A stretch of 64,000 nt of DNA from Paenibacillus sp. (GTDB lineage Bacteria; Bacillota; Bacilli; Paenibacillales; YIM-B00363): contig JAULZZ010000122.1 in NCBI GenBank assembly GCA_032117095.1, positions 168-64,167 of the forward strand, in the 5' to 3' direction. The notes under the pieces are model-generated. The model did not search any database and was not told the origin of the DNA. It was given only the letters and a program-made list of their open reading frames with translations. The translations under genes and the position numbers were made by a program. Positions 55,617-64,000 of this stretch are shown piece after piece (position 1 is the first letter of the stretch; each line of letters starts with the position of its first letter).

Positions 55617-56465
55617 ATGGTGCAACGAATACTCAAATGGGATGGGCACACGCATGCTCAGTTTTGCAAGCATGGCAGTCCTGCCCCACTGATGCGTTAC
55701 GTGGAGCAAGCCATCGCCCAACAGTTTGACCGTTATACGGTCAGTGAACACGCCCCGTTACCGGCACGATGGGTCGCAGATGCGTCATTGATGCAGGAGC
55801 TTGCCATGGCTGAGGCGGAATTGTCTGACTACGTCGCAGATGCCTGCCGTGTAAAAAAAGCAGTACAACACCAACTCGACGTATGTGTTGGCCTAGAGGT
55901 GGATTATTTGTACGGAAGCGAGTCGTTCACCCACGACCTCATTTGTGGTGCGTTGTCTGCGCCGTTGGACGACGTCATCATGTCGGTGCATTATCTTCCG
56001 GGGTGCGGAGGCATGCGCTGTATCGATTATACGCCGGCGTATTTTCAAGAACACATCCTAGGGGCGTATGGCACGATGGAAAAAGTCGTCGATGCGTATT
56101 ACGACCAGGTGGAGTGGGCGATTGCCTCTACCGCTTCTTGGGCGAACCACGTGCACCGTGTGCGACTCGGGCACGTTTTGTTGATCGAGAAGTTTCGTGC
56201 GGTATTGCCGGTGATTGACCCAGCACAGACGCAAGCACGACTGCAACGGCTCATTCCGTTGCTACAGACCTACCGTGTCGGCATCGACGTGAACATGGCA
56301 GGGCTTCGCAAACCGCATTGTCGCCAAATGTATGTGCCTTTGTCTTTTATGCGTCAATGTGCCGCCCACGATATCCCACTCGTCTACGGGTCAGATGCAC
56401 ACGATCCGACGGAAGTTGGGAGCGGATGGGGCGATTTTGTCGAGGCAATGACTGGGATGGGATGA
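55617..56465 (+). CDS. hisJ: Histidinol-phosphatase, PHP family
   Basis: N-terminal DGHTHAQFCKHGS is PHP-type and resembles remembered B. subtilis HisJ. GSDAH lies near the C-terminus. Confidence 0.75.
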   Translation: MVQRILKWDGHTHAQFCKHGSPAPLMRYVEQAIAQQFDRYTVSEHAPLPARWVADASLMQELAMAEAELSDYVADACRVKKAVQHQLDVCVGLEVDYLYGSESFTHDLICGALSAPLDDVIMSVHYLPGCGGMRCIDYTPAYFQEHILGAYGTMEKVVDAYYDQVEWAIASTASWANHVHRVRLGHVLLIEKFRAVLPVIDPAQTQARLQRLIPLLQTYRVGIDVNMAGLRKPHCRQMYVPLSFMRQCAAHDIPLVYGSDAHDPTEVGSGWGDFVEAMTGMG

Positions 56466-56501
56466 TTTTCCATCATGCGTATAGGAGGGCACCGTGTTCC
56501 C

Positions 56502-56575
56502 ATCCGAAACACCGATTTGTTAAAACGCCTTTTGCTTTTTTGGCTAAAGGAAGCGACTTGTTCGCAAGTGTTGTA
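56502..56575. repeat. Short family-1 element (subfamily B)
   Basis: atccgaaacaccgatttgttaaaacgccttttgctttt...cgcaagtgttgtat. Confidence 0.55.
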
Positions 56576-56657
56576 TCAGGGATTTCGAGTTGAAGGCGGC
56601 GATACAGCAAGAGAGAAAACTTTGCAAAAAAAATTTTAGAAACGTTGTAAAATAGGA

Positions 56658-56686
56658 TTGCAAAAATACGTTTGATATTGTACAAT
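56658..56686 (+). promoter_or_regulatory. Strong-looking sigma-A promoter (TTGCAA-17 nt-TACAAT, TG at -15)
   Basis: Read directly from the sequence. About 610 nt of A/T-rich non-coding sequence follow before the next credible CDS. Confidence 0.5.
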
Positions 56687-57242
56687 TGAAAAGTAATGAT
56701 TTTTCTTTTATAGACGGGCATCGTGTACGTATTACTTCGTGATATCCGTATGCGGTGATGTGCTCCTCTATGGTGGGGCGCATACGTTGTTTATTTTGAT
56801 GCGTCATGTGAGACGAATCATGCGTGATGTGAAGAGGGGGGATAATGCATGGGGGGCTATAAGAAAAAGTCATAAAAAACTGTCGCCACGAAGTAGGGAG
56901 AAAGTACCATTCCATTCATTGCACTTGTCGCTTGTTATGCCAAGCAGACGGATTTTGTCACAATTCTGATGTTTTCAATCCAATGTCAACAGGTTAAGCG
57001 GGTGAATCCACAATTCACTTTTTGGATATGGTGAAAAGCGGATGATCTCGGGTACGGATGAATCAGTGAGGATAGGTTTTTTCGAGAACGTCAAGATTTT
57101 TTTCAAATTTTCGTTTATTTGCAAAATTTTCAAGAAAGTTTTTAACCTGTTGATATTGGTTTCATGTTTATGGGAAAAATGTTACCATACTCCAAAATAT
57201 TTTGCAATCCGAGTAACAGACAATTTGTCACTTGTCCAAAAG

Positions 57243-57267
57243 TTGTTGACATTGCAGTTTATAGAGC
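57243..57267 (-). repeat. Fragment resembling a family-2 terminus
   Basis: ttgttgacattgcagtttatagagc compared with tttttgacaaaccagtttatagagatgccc at 33572-33602. Confidence 0.35.
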
Positions 57268-57299
57268 AAAAAAATCCAACCCCCCGAGGAGTGGTTATT

Positions 57300-58214
57300 A
57301 TGAAAAACAGTACAAACATCATTGTCGCCTTCACAAAACGGTTCTTTCCACACATCATCTTTTTAATCGTTTTCGCTCTCGTTTATGGCATTGCTGGATC
57401 AAAAGAAGGGTACGCAACAGTGGCGAAGCGTTGCGCTGGCGTTACGATCGATCCCGTAGCTAGTGGATATCGCCTGATCGTCATGTACGAAATGAGCAAG
57501 AACAAAGGAACTTGTATCGTGTATGCACAAGACGGAAAGACAGAAATTGCCCGTGCAAGAATTGAAAATCAATCTCAAACTATTACGTTTTATCATAAAA
57601 CAGGCAACATTGCTGTCACATTTCCCCGTGGGGCAAAGACGCCGACCGTCACCGTGTCCAACACCTTGTTTCGAGATAAGAGAATCCATGTGCATGCTTC
57701 TTGCTCTTACCCAAAACCAAACTGTGCGCTGTCGATTGAAGTTCCTGTGGGAAGAGGTCAAATTACCGCCAAATTGTCGGGCGGGTCTTCAAATACACCA
57801 AAAAATGCCACTCTTTCTTTTGTTCAACGGCTCGGTCGTAACAACAATCCTGCCTTGGTAGGCGAGATCACTCGCGACTTGGAGACAAACAAATTAACTG
57901 GTGCGAATTTTGGTGTAAATGGAGAAGTGTTGCTTAATGGTAAAACAAGTATTCCTTATGGCGTGAATGTCAATGTTCTGGGATGTAACACAGGAACGGT
58001 TGTCGGGGGAACTATCGGGGTAAACAGTAAAGTGTCTTCGAAAGTATCTGCACAAGCAGGAGTTTCTTCTGATGGTTGTCGTTTAACTTCAACAGTTCAA
58101 CTGAATTGGGAGGCGACCCCAAACACTTCCTTTAACTTAGGTTACAAGCGTAATATAGGTGATGGAAAGCCACTGGATCAAGAATTCGTAGCAAACTTTC
58201 AATACCGCTTTTAG
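57300..58214 (+). CDS. Orphan exported beta-rich protein ending in ...FQYRF
   Basis: GAGGAG lies 8 nt before the ATG. N-terminal hydrophobic anchor/signal FFPHIIFLIVFALVYGIAGS, then alternating Gly/Ser/Thr/Val-rich segments. The upstream part of ORF 57042.. has no RBS and is A/T-rich filler. Confidence 0.55.
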   Translation: MKNSTNIIVAFTKRFFPHIIFLIVFALVYGIAGSKEGYATVAKRCAGVTIDPVASGYRLIVMYEMSKNKGTCIVYAQDGKTEIARARIENQSQTITFYHKTGNIAVTFPRGAKTPTVTVSNTLFRDKRIHVHASCSYPKPNCALSIEVPVGRGQITAKLSGGSSNTPKNATLSFVQRLGRNNNPALVGEITRDLETNKLTGANFGVNGEVLLNGKTSIPYGVNVNVLGCNTGTVVGGTIGVNSKVSSKVSAQAGVSSDGCRLTSTVQLNWEATPNTSFNLGYKRNIGDGKPLDQEFVANFQYRF

Positions 58215-58434
58215 TATTCGTATGAGGCTCACAAATTCTTTAGAAAGAATTCGTACAAGCGTTGACGTGGATATTTTCCCATCATGGAGTACGGACAAAA
58301 AAATAGGACATCACGTTCGTGCAGGCGTATCCCGCGTTGCATGACGTGCATGTCCTTATTTTTTTTGGGCGTCCCAAACGTCCAAACCAGATGCGCTGTC
58401 GTTGCGACCATGTGGACGGCAGCATGACAGATTT

Positions 58435-58542
58435 TATACGAAACACGGATTAAAAACATTGATATAGAGGGATTACTTTTACGAGAACACACAAAGGAAT
58501 TTTTAATAAACAGGATATCTGTATTCATTCTGTGTTTCGTAT
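58435..58542 (+). repeat. Family-1 MITE-like element, full length
   Basis: atacgaaacacggattaaaaacattgatatagagggattacttttacgagaacacac...tttttaataaacaggatatctgtattcattctgtgtttcgtat. Confidence 0.8.
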
Positions 58543-58563
58543 GATGCATGCGATTCGTACATT

Positions 58564-60987
58564 TCAACGTTGCGCATAAAACAGCCCCCCGCGTAAAAAG
58601 GACACTTCGATGTGCGGTGCGAGCTGGTCATGCAACCCTTTCGCAGTATGCAGTCGCCACTGTGCGACATGCGCCATCGTCTCCTCTTCCGTGTCGTGAT
58701 GTACGACCGTTTCAAGTTGTTGTTCCGCGATCGCGAGACGCTGTCGGGCGTGTGTCGCCCACGTATGATCTTCGCCTTGGAGTATGTCGATCAGGTGCTG
58801 GCGGATGTGTGCAAGTGCTTGGGCAACGTACTGTGGGTGCGGGGGAGGGGGCGGTGTTGCGGGACAGGAAGCGACGAATGTGCGGGCACGAAGCCAGTCT
58901 TCCCCAGCAGTTTCCAAAGTCCCTTCATACAAATCGTACGCCCACGTGAACGGTTGTGCATACCGAATATGACTACGATAGGCCACGTGCCCATGTACGA
59001 CGAGCCACGGTGCGCACGATTGGGCGTCTTGTTCGGCGTATACACAAACCCACCGTCCGTGTTGCTGTACAAGATCGAACATTTGGTACAAACGGGTGCA
59101 GCCGTACGTTAAGGTTTCCCGTACATGCGCTTGAGGGGCGGTTTGTGTACAAGGGGGCGGGGCATTGCCGAATGAAAAAGCGACCGTAAGCGGTTTTGCT
59201 TCTGCGCCTGTGGCACGGACGTAACGCCAATAATACGAACGTTGGAGCAAATGTTCATCCACATAGGGGGAAAGGCCTAGTGTCAATACTGTGTCGTCGT
59301 CATGGACGACTGCGCACCCCGAGGCGACAGCAAAGTGTTTGGCAAACGCATAAATTTCTTCTTGGGGCATCGGAGGGGGCGGGATGGGGGACGTTTCATG
59401 CTGGGCATGCGTGGGAAGAGGAGCGAATACACGATTTTCATCTAGGATCGGTTGCAAATCGCCAATGACATCTTGGAAAAGTGTAATCTTTTCTTGCAAC
59501 AACGAAAGTAGATGTTCCTCGATAGTCCCCCTTGTCGTAAAGTTCGTAATGTGTACGGGGGATGTTTGGCCGAGCCGATGAATGCGCCCAATGCGTTGCT
59601 CCACGCGCATCGGATTCCATGGCAAGTCATAGTTGATCATATGGTGACAAAACTGCAAATTAAGCCCTTCTCCACCGGCTTCTGTCGCCACGAGCACGTG
59701 CGCATCTTGTTGAAATCGTTCGACCATCCAGCTTTTTTTTCCGCGGTTCATCCCTCCATCATACGGCACAGCGACGATGCCTGCTTGTTGGAGCATGTGC
59801 AATAAGTAGTGTTGCGTGGCGCGGTATTCCGTGAATACGATCGTTTTTTCTTTTGTAAGGCGCAATTGTGCGAGGAGTGCCGTTGCTTTGGATTGTACAG
59901 TGACATGGCGCAACAAGGTGAGGACATGGCGCATTTCTTCTTGGCGCGGAGGGGGAAGTGTCGGCATCATCCGCACGAGGGCGACGAATACGGCATCCCG
60001 CGAGGAGCACGCTTCCCGTTGCAACGTAAGCAAAGAAAGTCGATTGAACGCCCCCTCTTTTTGTTGCATAAAAGTGGTGATGCCATCGTACAACGCTTGC
60101 TCCTCGGGGCTAAAATCGACGATCGTATGCGTCACATGTCGTGTGGTCGCCGTCTCGGCACAAACGGTACGTTCGTTTCGAACCATGAGCGGGGCAAGAA
60201 GATGACGCAACGTATCATGGTTTTTTTGTTGTTTCTTTTTCGTCCCGTACATTTCGCGGAATTGTTTGGCGGTGCCCACGTAGCCAGGTTTGAGCAGGGA
60301 GATCAATGGGTATAGCTCACGAATGTTGTTGTGCACGGGGGTGGCGGTGAGTAACAAACAAAATGTACGCTGAATTTTGTTGACAAAGGCATAGTTGACA
60401 GAACGTTCATTTTTGAGTTTGTGTGCTTCATCGATGAGGAGCAAGTCGTACGATTGTGCCAAAATGGTGCTTTCGTGGGCTTTTCGTTTTGCCGTGTCGA
60501 GGGAAGCCACGACGATGTTTGCCTGTGTAAATACGTGTGCAGCGTGGCGATGGGCGACGGCATCGATGGCAAATTTCGTGCGCAGTTCACGTACCCACTG
60601 CATGACGAGGGAAGCAGGCACGAGGATCAAAGCGCGTGTCACGAGCCCGCGCACGAGGTATTCTTTTAAGATAATCCCTGCCTCGATCGTTTTGCCTAAT
60701 CCGACTTCATCGGCGAGCAACGCACGCCCATGCATTTCGTGTACGACACGCCGTGCGGTTTCAATTTGATGGGGAAGCGGAACGATGTGGGTAAGATGGC
60801 GTAAACCATGCAGCACATCGTCTTTCGGTACGTGACGCACTTGATCGACGCGCAAGGCGAGAGAATAATAACGTGGATCGTCCCAAGGGGCTGTATTTTC
60901 GAGGCGAGATTGTAGCGCCGTAAACCAGTGGGGATCTAAGGTCATGGAAACATCAGCGGTGATCGGGTATGTTGTTGGTGCGTGCAA
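58564..60987 (-). CDS. SNF2-family helicase (YqhH-like) with a ~300 aa non-helicase C-terminal extension
   Basis: Motif I LADEVGLGKT, II LIDEAHKLKN, III LLTATPVHN, VI NPMRVEQRIGRIHRLGQ, all within the first ~490 aa. The remainder has no helicase motifs. Confidence 0.85.
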   Translation of the reverse strand: MHAPTTYPITADVSMTLDPHWFTALQSRLENTAPWDDPRYYSLALRVDQVRHVPKDDVLHGLRHLTHIVPLPHQIETARRVVHEMHGRALLADEVGLGKTIEAGIILKEYLVRGLVTRALILVPASLVMQWVRELRTKFAIDAVAHRHAAHVFTQANIVVASLDTAKRKAHESTILAQSYDLLLIDEAHKLKNERSVNYAFVNKIQRTFCLLLTATPVHNNIRELYPLISLLKPGYVGTAKQFREMYGTKKKQQKNHDTLRHLLAPLMVRNERTVCAETATTRHVTHTIVDFSPEEQALYDGITTFMQQKEGAFNRLSLLTLQREACSSRDAVFVALVRMMPTLPPPRQEEMRHVLTLLRHVTVQSKATALLAQLRLTKEKTIVFTEYRATQHYLLHMLQQAGIVAVPYDGGMNRGKKSWMVERFQQDAHVLVATEAGGEGLNLQFCHHMINYDLPWNPMRVEQRIGRIHRLGQTSPVHITNFTTRGTIEEHLLSLLQEKITLFQDVIGDLQPILDENRVFAPLPTHAQHETSPIPPPPMPQEEIYAFAKHFAVASGCAVVHDDDTVLTLGLSPYVDEHLLQRSYYWRYVRATGAEAKPLTVAFSFGNAPPPCTQTAPQAHVRETLTYGCTRLYQMFDLVQQHGRWVCVYAEQDAQSCAPWLVVHGHVAYRSHIRYAQPFTWAYDLYEGTLETAGEDWLRARTFVASCPATPPPPPHPQYVAQALAHIRQHLIDILQGEDHTWATHARQRLAIAEQQLETVVHHDTEEETMAHVAQWRLHTAKGLHDQLAPHIEVSFLRGGLFYAQR

Positions 60988-61045
60988 CCGAGACCATCCT
61001 TTCTACGGTGATGTACCCGCTAGTTTGTGTTAAAATGGTTGTGAC

Positions 61046-61159
61046 CATACAAAATGCGTATTAAAAACAGAGACGCAGGGGGTTCTCTTTTGCGGGAAAG
61101 CAAAAGGCGGTGTCACCGAGGAGGACGATGGATCGGAATATGGATGCGTATCGTGTATG
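61046..61159. repeat. Family-1 element, subfamily B
   Basis: catacaaaatgcgtattaaaaacagagacgcagggggttctcttttgcgggaaagcaaaaggcgg...gcgtatcgtgtatg. Confidence 0.65.
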
Positions 61160-61212
61160 CCGTTCCCCCGCTGTACAAAACCATGACGCATAGAGGAAAG
61201 GGTGCAACAGCA

Positions 61213-62052
61213 ATGAACACGCCACCTATGACATGGCGACTGCTCCGCGATGGGGATCAAAGTCCCGCCATGAATATGGCCGTCGACGAAGCGCTCATGC
61301 ACAGTGTCGGACAAGCCGATGCACCACCGACGCTTCGGCTATACGGATGGAATCCGCCAACGTTGTCTATTGGGTATTTCCAACGTGCTGCATCGGTCGA
61401 TTTACAAGCATTGCAAGCACAACGCATTGGTTTTGTGCGGAGACCGACGGGCGGACGGGCGGTATTACATGCGCAAGAAGTGACCTATGCCATTGTGGTG
61501 AAAGAAGGCACAATCTTGCCCTCTTCCATTTCTGCTTCGTATCGGATGCTCAGCGAAGGCATCGCCCATGCGTTACGTGCATTGGGATTGGATGCGGAGA
61601 TGGCGACGTTGCCGTCTGCTTCAACGCATGGCGAGCAAAGTTCGGCAGCATGTTTTGACGCCCCGTCGTGGCATGAGTTGGTAGTAGACGGTAAAAAAGT
61701 CGCAGGCAGTGCCCAATGGCGACAACACGGCGCACTTTTGCAACACGGCTCGATTTTGCTGGATCACAATATTGAACAGTTGTTTTCATTGCTCGCTTTT
61801 CGTTCACCCACGCAACGCATGCGCATGCAACAGCTGTATACTGACCATGCCACGACGATCAATGAACAACGACAAAAAAACGGATGCACGCCGATGACCA
61901 AAGAAGCCGTCGAGGCGGCACTGTTATGCGGATGGGGCGAGACGTTGCACGCCCAATGGCACGCCGATACGCTGTCTGAGGATGAACGCATGGTCGCAAC
62001 ACATCGGAGGGTGACAAAATATGAGCAGGATGCTTGGAATTTACGCAAGTAA
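61213..62052 (+). CDS. lipM: Octanoyltransferase LipM (lipoate/biotin ligase A/B fold)
   Basis: LRLYGWNPPTLSIGYFQ, RRPTGGRAVLH, ACFDAPSWHELVVDGKKVAGSAQ. At ~279 aa it has no LplA C-terminal domain. It neighbours the yqhH-like helicase as in the B. subtilis yqh region. Confidence 0.75.
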   Translation: MNTPPMTWRLLRDGDQSPAMNMAVDEALMHSVGQADAPPTLRLYGWNPPTLSIGYFQRAASVDLQALQAQRIGFVRRPTGGRAVLHAQEVTYAIVVKEGTILPSSISASYRMLSEGIAHALRALGLDAEMATLPSASTHGEQSSAACFDAPSWHELVVDGKKVAGSAQWRQHGALLQHGSILLDHNIEQLFSLLAFRSPTQRMRMQQLYTDHATTINEQRQKNGCTPMTKEAVEAALLCGWGETLHAQWHADTLSEDERMVATHRRVTKYEQDAWNLRK

Positions 62053-62059
62053 TCCGTAA

Positions 62060-62122
62060 GGGCACCTCAATAAACCGTTGTAAAAAACTCTTCCGTAAAC
62101 AAGCGTTTTTTATTTTTTTGCG
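62060..62122 (+). repeat. Left half of a family-2 element
   Basis: gggcacctcaataaaccgttgtaaaaaactcttccgtaaacaagcgttttttatttttttgcg aligns with 50815-50880. Confidence 0.55.
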
Positions 62123-62156
62123 ATGCGAATGACGTGTTCAATACATCCGATTGGGC

Positions 62157-62223
62157 AACACTCATTTTTCGAGAAAGAAAACGGCATCCCTCTGTATAGA
62201 TGTTTTGAATAGGGGGTTCGTAT
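62157..62223. repeat. Half family-1 element
   Basis: cactcatttttcgagaaagaaaacggcatccctctgtatagatgttttgaatagggggttcgtat. Confidence 0.6.
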
Positions 62224-62303
62224 GAGTCTGATGCACCATATTGTCATGGCATTTTGAAGAGGATCCGATTGCAACACGTTTTTTGGGGAGGATGAACATT
62301 CAG

Positions 62304-63293
62304 ATGAACAAAAAAAAGCTCGTGCGATTTGATTGGGCCATGAAATACATCTTGCGGAACAAGGCAAACTTTGACGTGCTCGAAGGCTTTTTATCCAATC
62401 TGCTAAAAGAAGAGATCAAAATCCAAAACTTGCTAGAGAGCGAAAGCAATCGCGACGAAAGCACCAAAAAATTCAGTATTGTTGATTTGGTGTGTACGGA
62501 TGCGAAGGGACGCCAATTTTTGATTGAAATACAAAATCAGCGTGAAGTAGATTACTTGCAACGGATTTTATGGACGACGTCAAAGACCATTGTAGATCTT
62601 CTAGAAATCGGTCGACCGTACAAAAATGTGGTGAAAGTGATTTCCATCAGTATTTTATATTTTCCGTTTGGGAATAATCCGGAATATATGTATAGAGGGA
62701 AAACGCAATTCTGGGGAATAAATTGCAAACAATCATTGATTCTTTACGGGAAATCGATCGAATCTACAGGTGTTTCTCCCATTACAGACGAGGACGTCTT
62801 CCCAGAATATTATTTACTCGATGTGTCCCGCTTTGAGGATAAGATCAATGAAGAAATCGATGAATGGATCTATTTTTTTAAGCATGGCGAAATCAGGGAA
62901 GAGTTCAAATCTCCTGGCATTCTTGCGGCCAGTAAAAAACTCGATATTCTTTCGATGCCCCCAGGAGAGAAGCGCGCATACGAAAAGTATCTTGCGTATT
63001 TAGCCTCGGAGACGGATATTCTTGGAACGGCAAAAACAGAAGGCCATGCAGAAGGCATTGCAAAAGGAAGAGCAGAAGGACTCGCAGAAGGTCTCGCAGA
63101 AGGTCACGCAGAAGGTCTCGCAGAAGGTCTCGCAGAAGGCCACGCAAAAGGAAGGGCAGAAGGCCTCGCAGAAGGCATTAAAACCGTCGTCAAAAACTTA
63201 TTATCCATAAAAATGGATTTTCATACCATTTCCCAAGCTACTGGATTGACTGTCGAACAAATTGCGGAAATCCAAAAGTCGTCGACGCCATGA
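62304..63293 (+). CDS. Rpn-family / PD-(D/E)XK nuclease 'putative transposase' (TIGR01784-like) with a C-terminal (A-E/K-G-x)12 repeat
   Basis: LVRFDWAMKYILRNKANFDVLEGFLS, IVDLVCTDAKGRQFLIEIQNQ (D...E.Q), VISISILYF. GGGGAGG lies ~10 nt before the ATG at 62304. Confidence 0.75.
   Translation: MNKKKLVRFDWAMKYILRNKANFDVLEGFLSNLLKEEIKIQNLLESESNRDESTKKFSIVDLVCTDAKGRQFLIEIQNQREVDYLQRILWTTSKTIVDLLEIGRPYKNVVKVISISILYFPFGNNPEYMYRGKTQFWGINCKQSLILYGKSIESTGVSPITDEDVFPEYYLLDVSRFEDKINEEIDEWIYFFKHGEIREEFKSPGILAASKKLDILSMPPGEKRAYEKYLAYLASETDILGTAKTEGHAEGIAKGRAEGLAEGLAEGHAEGLAEGLAEGHAKGRAEGLAEGIKTVVKNLLSIKMDFHTISQATGLTVEQIAEIQKSSTP
63037..63180 (+). repeat. Twelve tandem 12-nt units (gcagaaggNNNN) encoding AEGL/AEGH/AKGR
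   Basis: Read directly from the sequence; in frame within the 62304 CDS. Confidence 0.9.
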
Positions 63294-63422
63294 GCAACTT
63301 GTATGGAAAACTTGTACACAAAGTGTTGCATTTTGCTGGGCATGACCATTGTCCAGAAGTTGTCATGGCCTTTTGAAGCTGATAAGATTAAAACAGATTT
63401 TTTGGAGGGGATGAGACTTCAG

Positions 63423-64000
63423 ATGAACAAGAAAAAGCTTGTGCGGTTTGATTGGGCCATGAAATACATCCTACGGAATAAGGAAAACTTTGACGTGCTT
63501 GAGGGCTTTTTATCCAATTTACTAAAAGAAGAGGTAAAAATCGAAAAATTGCTTGAAAGCGAAAGCAGTCCAGATGAACAAACAAACAAAAACAATGCCA
63601 TTCATTTTGCGTGTGCGTACGGTCAGGGACGCCCAATGATGGTTGAAATAAAAAGCCATCCTAAACGAGAGAATCTCCGCAGGATTGTATGGGGGACTTC
63701 AAAGCCCATCGCAGACCACCTCAGAAGTAGGGAACCTTATAAAGATGAGGTAAAAATTGTTTCCATCAGTATTCTACATTTTCCGATTAGCAACGATTCG
63801 GAATATATATATAAAGGAAAAACAGAATTTTTTGGAGCAAACGACCAAGAACCATTGCCGCTTTATGGGGGACCGCTGGCAGCGATTGGGGTAATTCCAG
63901 TGACAAACATGCGCATTTCGCTAGAGTATTATTTACTCGATGTGGCACGTTTTGCCGATGAGATCAATGCGGAGATCGATGAATGGATGTATTTTTTTAA
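63423..64000 (+). CDS. Second, tandem Rpn-family paralogue (partial, runs off the window), catalytic motif degenerate
   Basis: The same N-terminus (MNKKKLVRFDWAMKYILRNKENFDVLEGFLS) and the same upstream leader as the 62304 gene. The ORF is open to the window end. The D...EIQ segment is replaced by IHFACAYGQGRPMMVEIKSH. Confidence 0.65.
   Translation, partial: MNKKKLVRFDWAMKYILRNKENFDVLEGFLSNLLKEEVKIEKLLESESSPDEQTNKNNAIHFACAYGQGRPMMVEIKSHPKRENLRRIVWGTSKPIADHLRSREPYKDEVKIVSISILHFPISNDSEYIYKGKTEFFGANDQEPLPLYGGPLAAIGVIPVTNMRISLEYYLLDVARFADEINAEIDEWMYFF

Noticed and set aside
56544-56969. ORFs 56544-56915 (minus, 123 aa) and 56739-56969 (plus, 76 aa) in the long A/T-rich spacer.
   Set aside because: They have implausible composition, no RBS, overlap each other on opposite strands, and overlap a repeat element and a promoter. 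I treated the region as a non-coding leader instead (see findings).
63037-63180. A regular 12-nt periodic repeat looked superficially like a tiny CRISPR-like or tandem array. The many dispersed ~100 bp palindromes were also considered as CRISPR repeats.
   Set aside because: The 12-mers are in frame inside a CDS (AEGL repeats) with no spacers. The dispersed elements are irregularly spaced by kilobases, occur in both orientations, and no cas genes are present.

Overview
Firmicutes/Bacillales-type chromosomal segment. Most of it is housekeeping, and the local gene order resembles Bacillus subtilis blocks: hepT; speA; gndA-aroK-aroA; des; PTS EIICBA-ptsI; ccpA; a class A PBP; accD-accA-pyk; ppk1/ppx; citZ-icd-mdh; class I fumarase; a PhoR/PhoP-like two-component pair; a 17-gene trnD-like tRNA array; ddl; fabI; bioD-B-F-H-C; hisJ; a yqhH-like SNF2 helicase; lipM. 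The gene list leaves five things unexplained. (1) About 20 copies of a 100-110 bp imperfect-palindrome, MITE-like element (family 1, termini ATAC[T/G]AAACAC...GTGTTT[A/C]GTAT) sit at nearly every operon boundary. (2) A second ~100 bp inverted-repeat family (termini GGGCACCTCTATAAAC) occurs once nested inside a family-1 copy and tends to border A/T-richer islets. (3) Those islets encode orphan secreted Cys/Lys-rich proteins: 11559-12893, 22795-24327 with an HExxH motif, 24913-25938 FGE/SUMF1-like, 33681-34670 and 57300-58214. (4) There are three Rpn/PD-(D/E)XK 'putative transposase' genes. One is flanked by a duplicated ~215 bp module containing a consensus promoter, a hairpin-terminated ~90 nt transcript with a compensatory stem change, and a second promoter. 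(5) A T16 homopolymer sets the spacer length of a consensus promoter upstream of the FGE-like gene. I saw no CRISPR array, rRNA, classical transposase/integrase or recognisable defence operon. All calls come from reading the sequence and from remembered family motifs; no database search was run.
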